Source: the human T2T-CHM13v2.0 reference genome, Homo sapiens | Assembly (NCBI RefSeq): GCF_009914755.1 | Contig: NC_060947.1 | Length of the DNA: 64,000 bases | Strand: one strand, 5' to 3' | Shown here: positions 63,221 to 64,000 of the stretch, one piece after another | Position numbering within the stretch: position 1 is the stretch's first letter | Layout of the letters: every line of letters begins with the position of its first letter | Notes under the pieces: generated by a model | Seen by the model: the letters and a program-made list of their open reading frames with translations, nothing else | The model's database searches: none | Told to the model about the DNA's origin: nothing | Program-made: the position numbers and the translations under genes

Positions 63221-64000
63221 TAGTTTTAGTAGAGACGGGGTTTCACTGTGTTAGCCAGGATGGTCTCAATCTCCTGACCTCATGATCTGCCCGCCTCGGC
63301 CTCCCAAAGTGCTGGGATTACAGGCGTGAGCCACCGCACCGGGCTTAATTTTTGTATTTTTTAGTAGAGATGGGGTTTCACCATATTGGCCAGGCTGGTC
63401 TCGAGCTCGTGACCTCAGGTGATCTGCCCACCTCGGCCTCCCAAAGTGCTGTGATTACAGGCGTGAGCCACCGGGCCCAGCCAGTATTAATAAATACTTT
63501 CATTGTGAACACTGGTATCTTCTCTATGACTACACTAGAATATAATTCCAAAAGTTTATGAGTAATTTATTTGAAATAGAGAATATATTCTCTTTAATCC
63601 ATAATGAAGCTATCACGAAGCCTGATCATCCCTTCCTGATCTCTAGCTTTCCTCAAGGTCTCGTCTTTGGAAACGTCAGTTGTTGAAAACAATTTAGTGA
63701 GAATTGAGAAAAACAAAAAGCTGACAGGACAACAACCAGAACATTTCCCACTCCCTGAACAATCTTACCTCCCCACCTTGGCTACACCTGTCACACCCTG
63801 CTAGATATCTACACTGAATCATCTACATATTCACCCACTCCCAAACAACTGCCTCTGTCTTTGAAGCTACCCAAAAGAAAAAGACAAAATTCAGGCTCGC
63901 TTTATCCCTTCCCCTTCCTTTTCTCTCACAGGTAGACATCCTTTCTCTACTTGAATACCTGGCAACACTTGTCCCTTACAGGATAAAGTCTTTACAAAAT

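Overview
Human-like (primate) genomic DNA, very Alu-dense and CpG-depleted except for one CpG island at ~53.5-53.95 kb. It holds one protein-coding gene, FUNDC1 (mitophagy receptor), on the minus strand. Five coding exons (53649-53622, 52918-52762, 49359-49284, 38186-38058, 35098-35021; 28+157+76+129+78 = 468 nt) with GT-AG introns give a 155-aa protein containing the YEVL LC3-interacting motif. The rest is mostly repeats: dozens of Alus, old L1M fragments, MER58A, MADE1, MLT1 and at least eight solo LTRs, five of them within ~9 kb upstream of the promoter. Most ORFs in the track are Alu/L1 translations. I found no convincing novel multi-gene system. The best second-look items are a CpG-rich double hairpin at 4085-4132, a cryptic 3'UTR splice donor with flanking inverted Alus (circRNA architecture), alternative polyA signals separating two miR-137 sites, NRF1/ERR motifs, and p53-like half-sites in an upstream LTR10. 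Repeat subfamily names come from memory of consensus sequences, and repeat boundaries are approximate unless a TSD is given.
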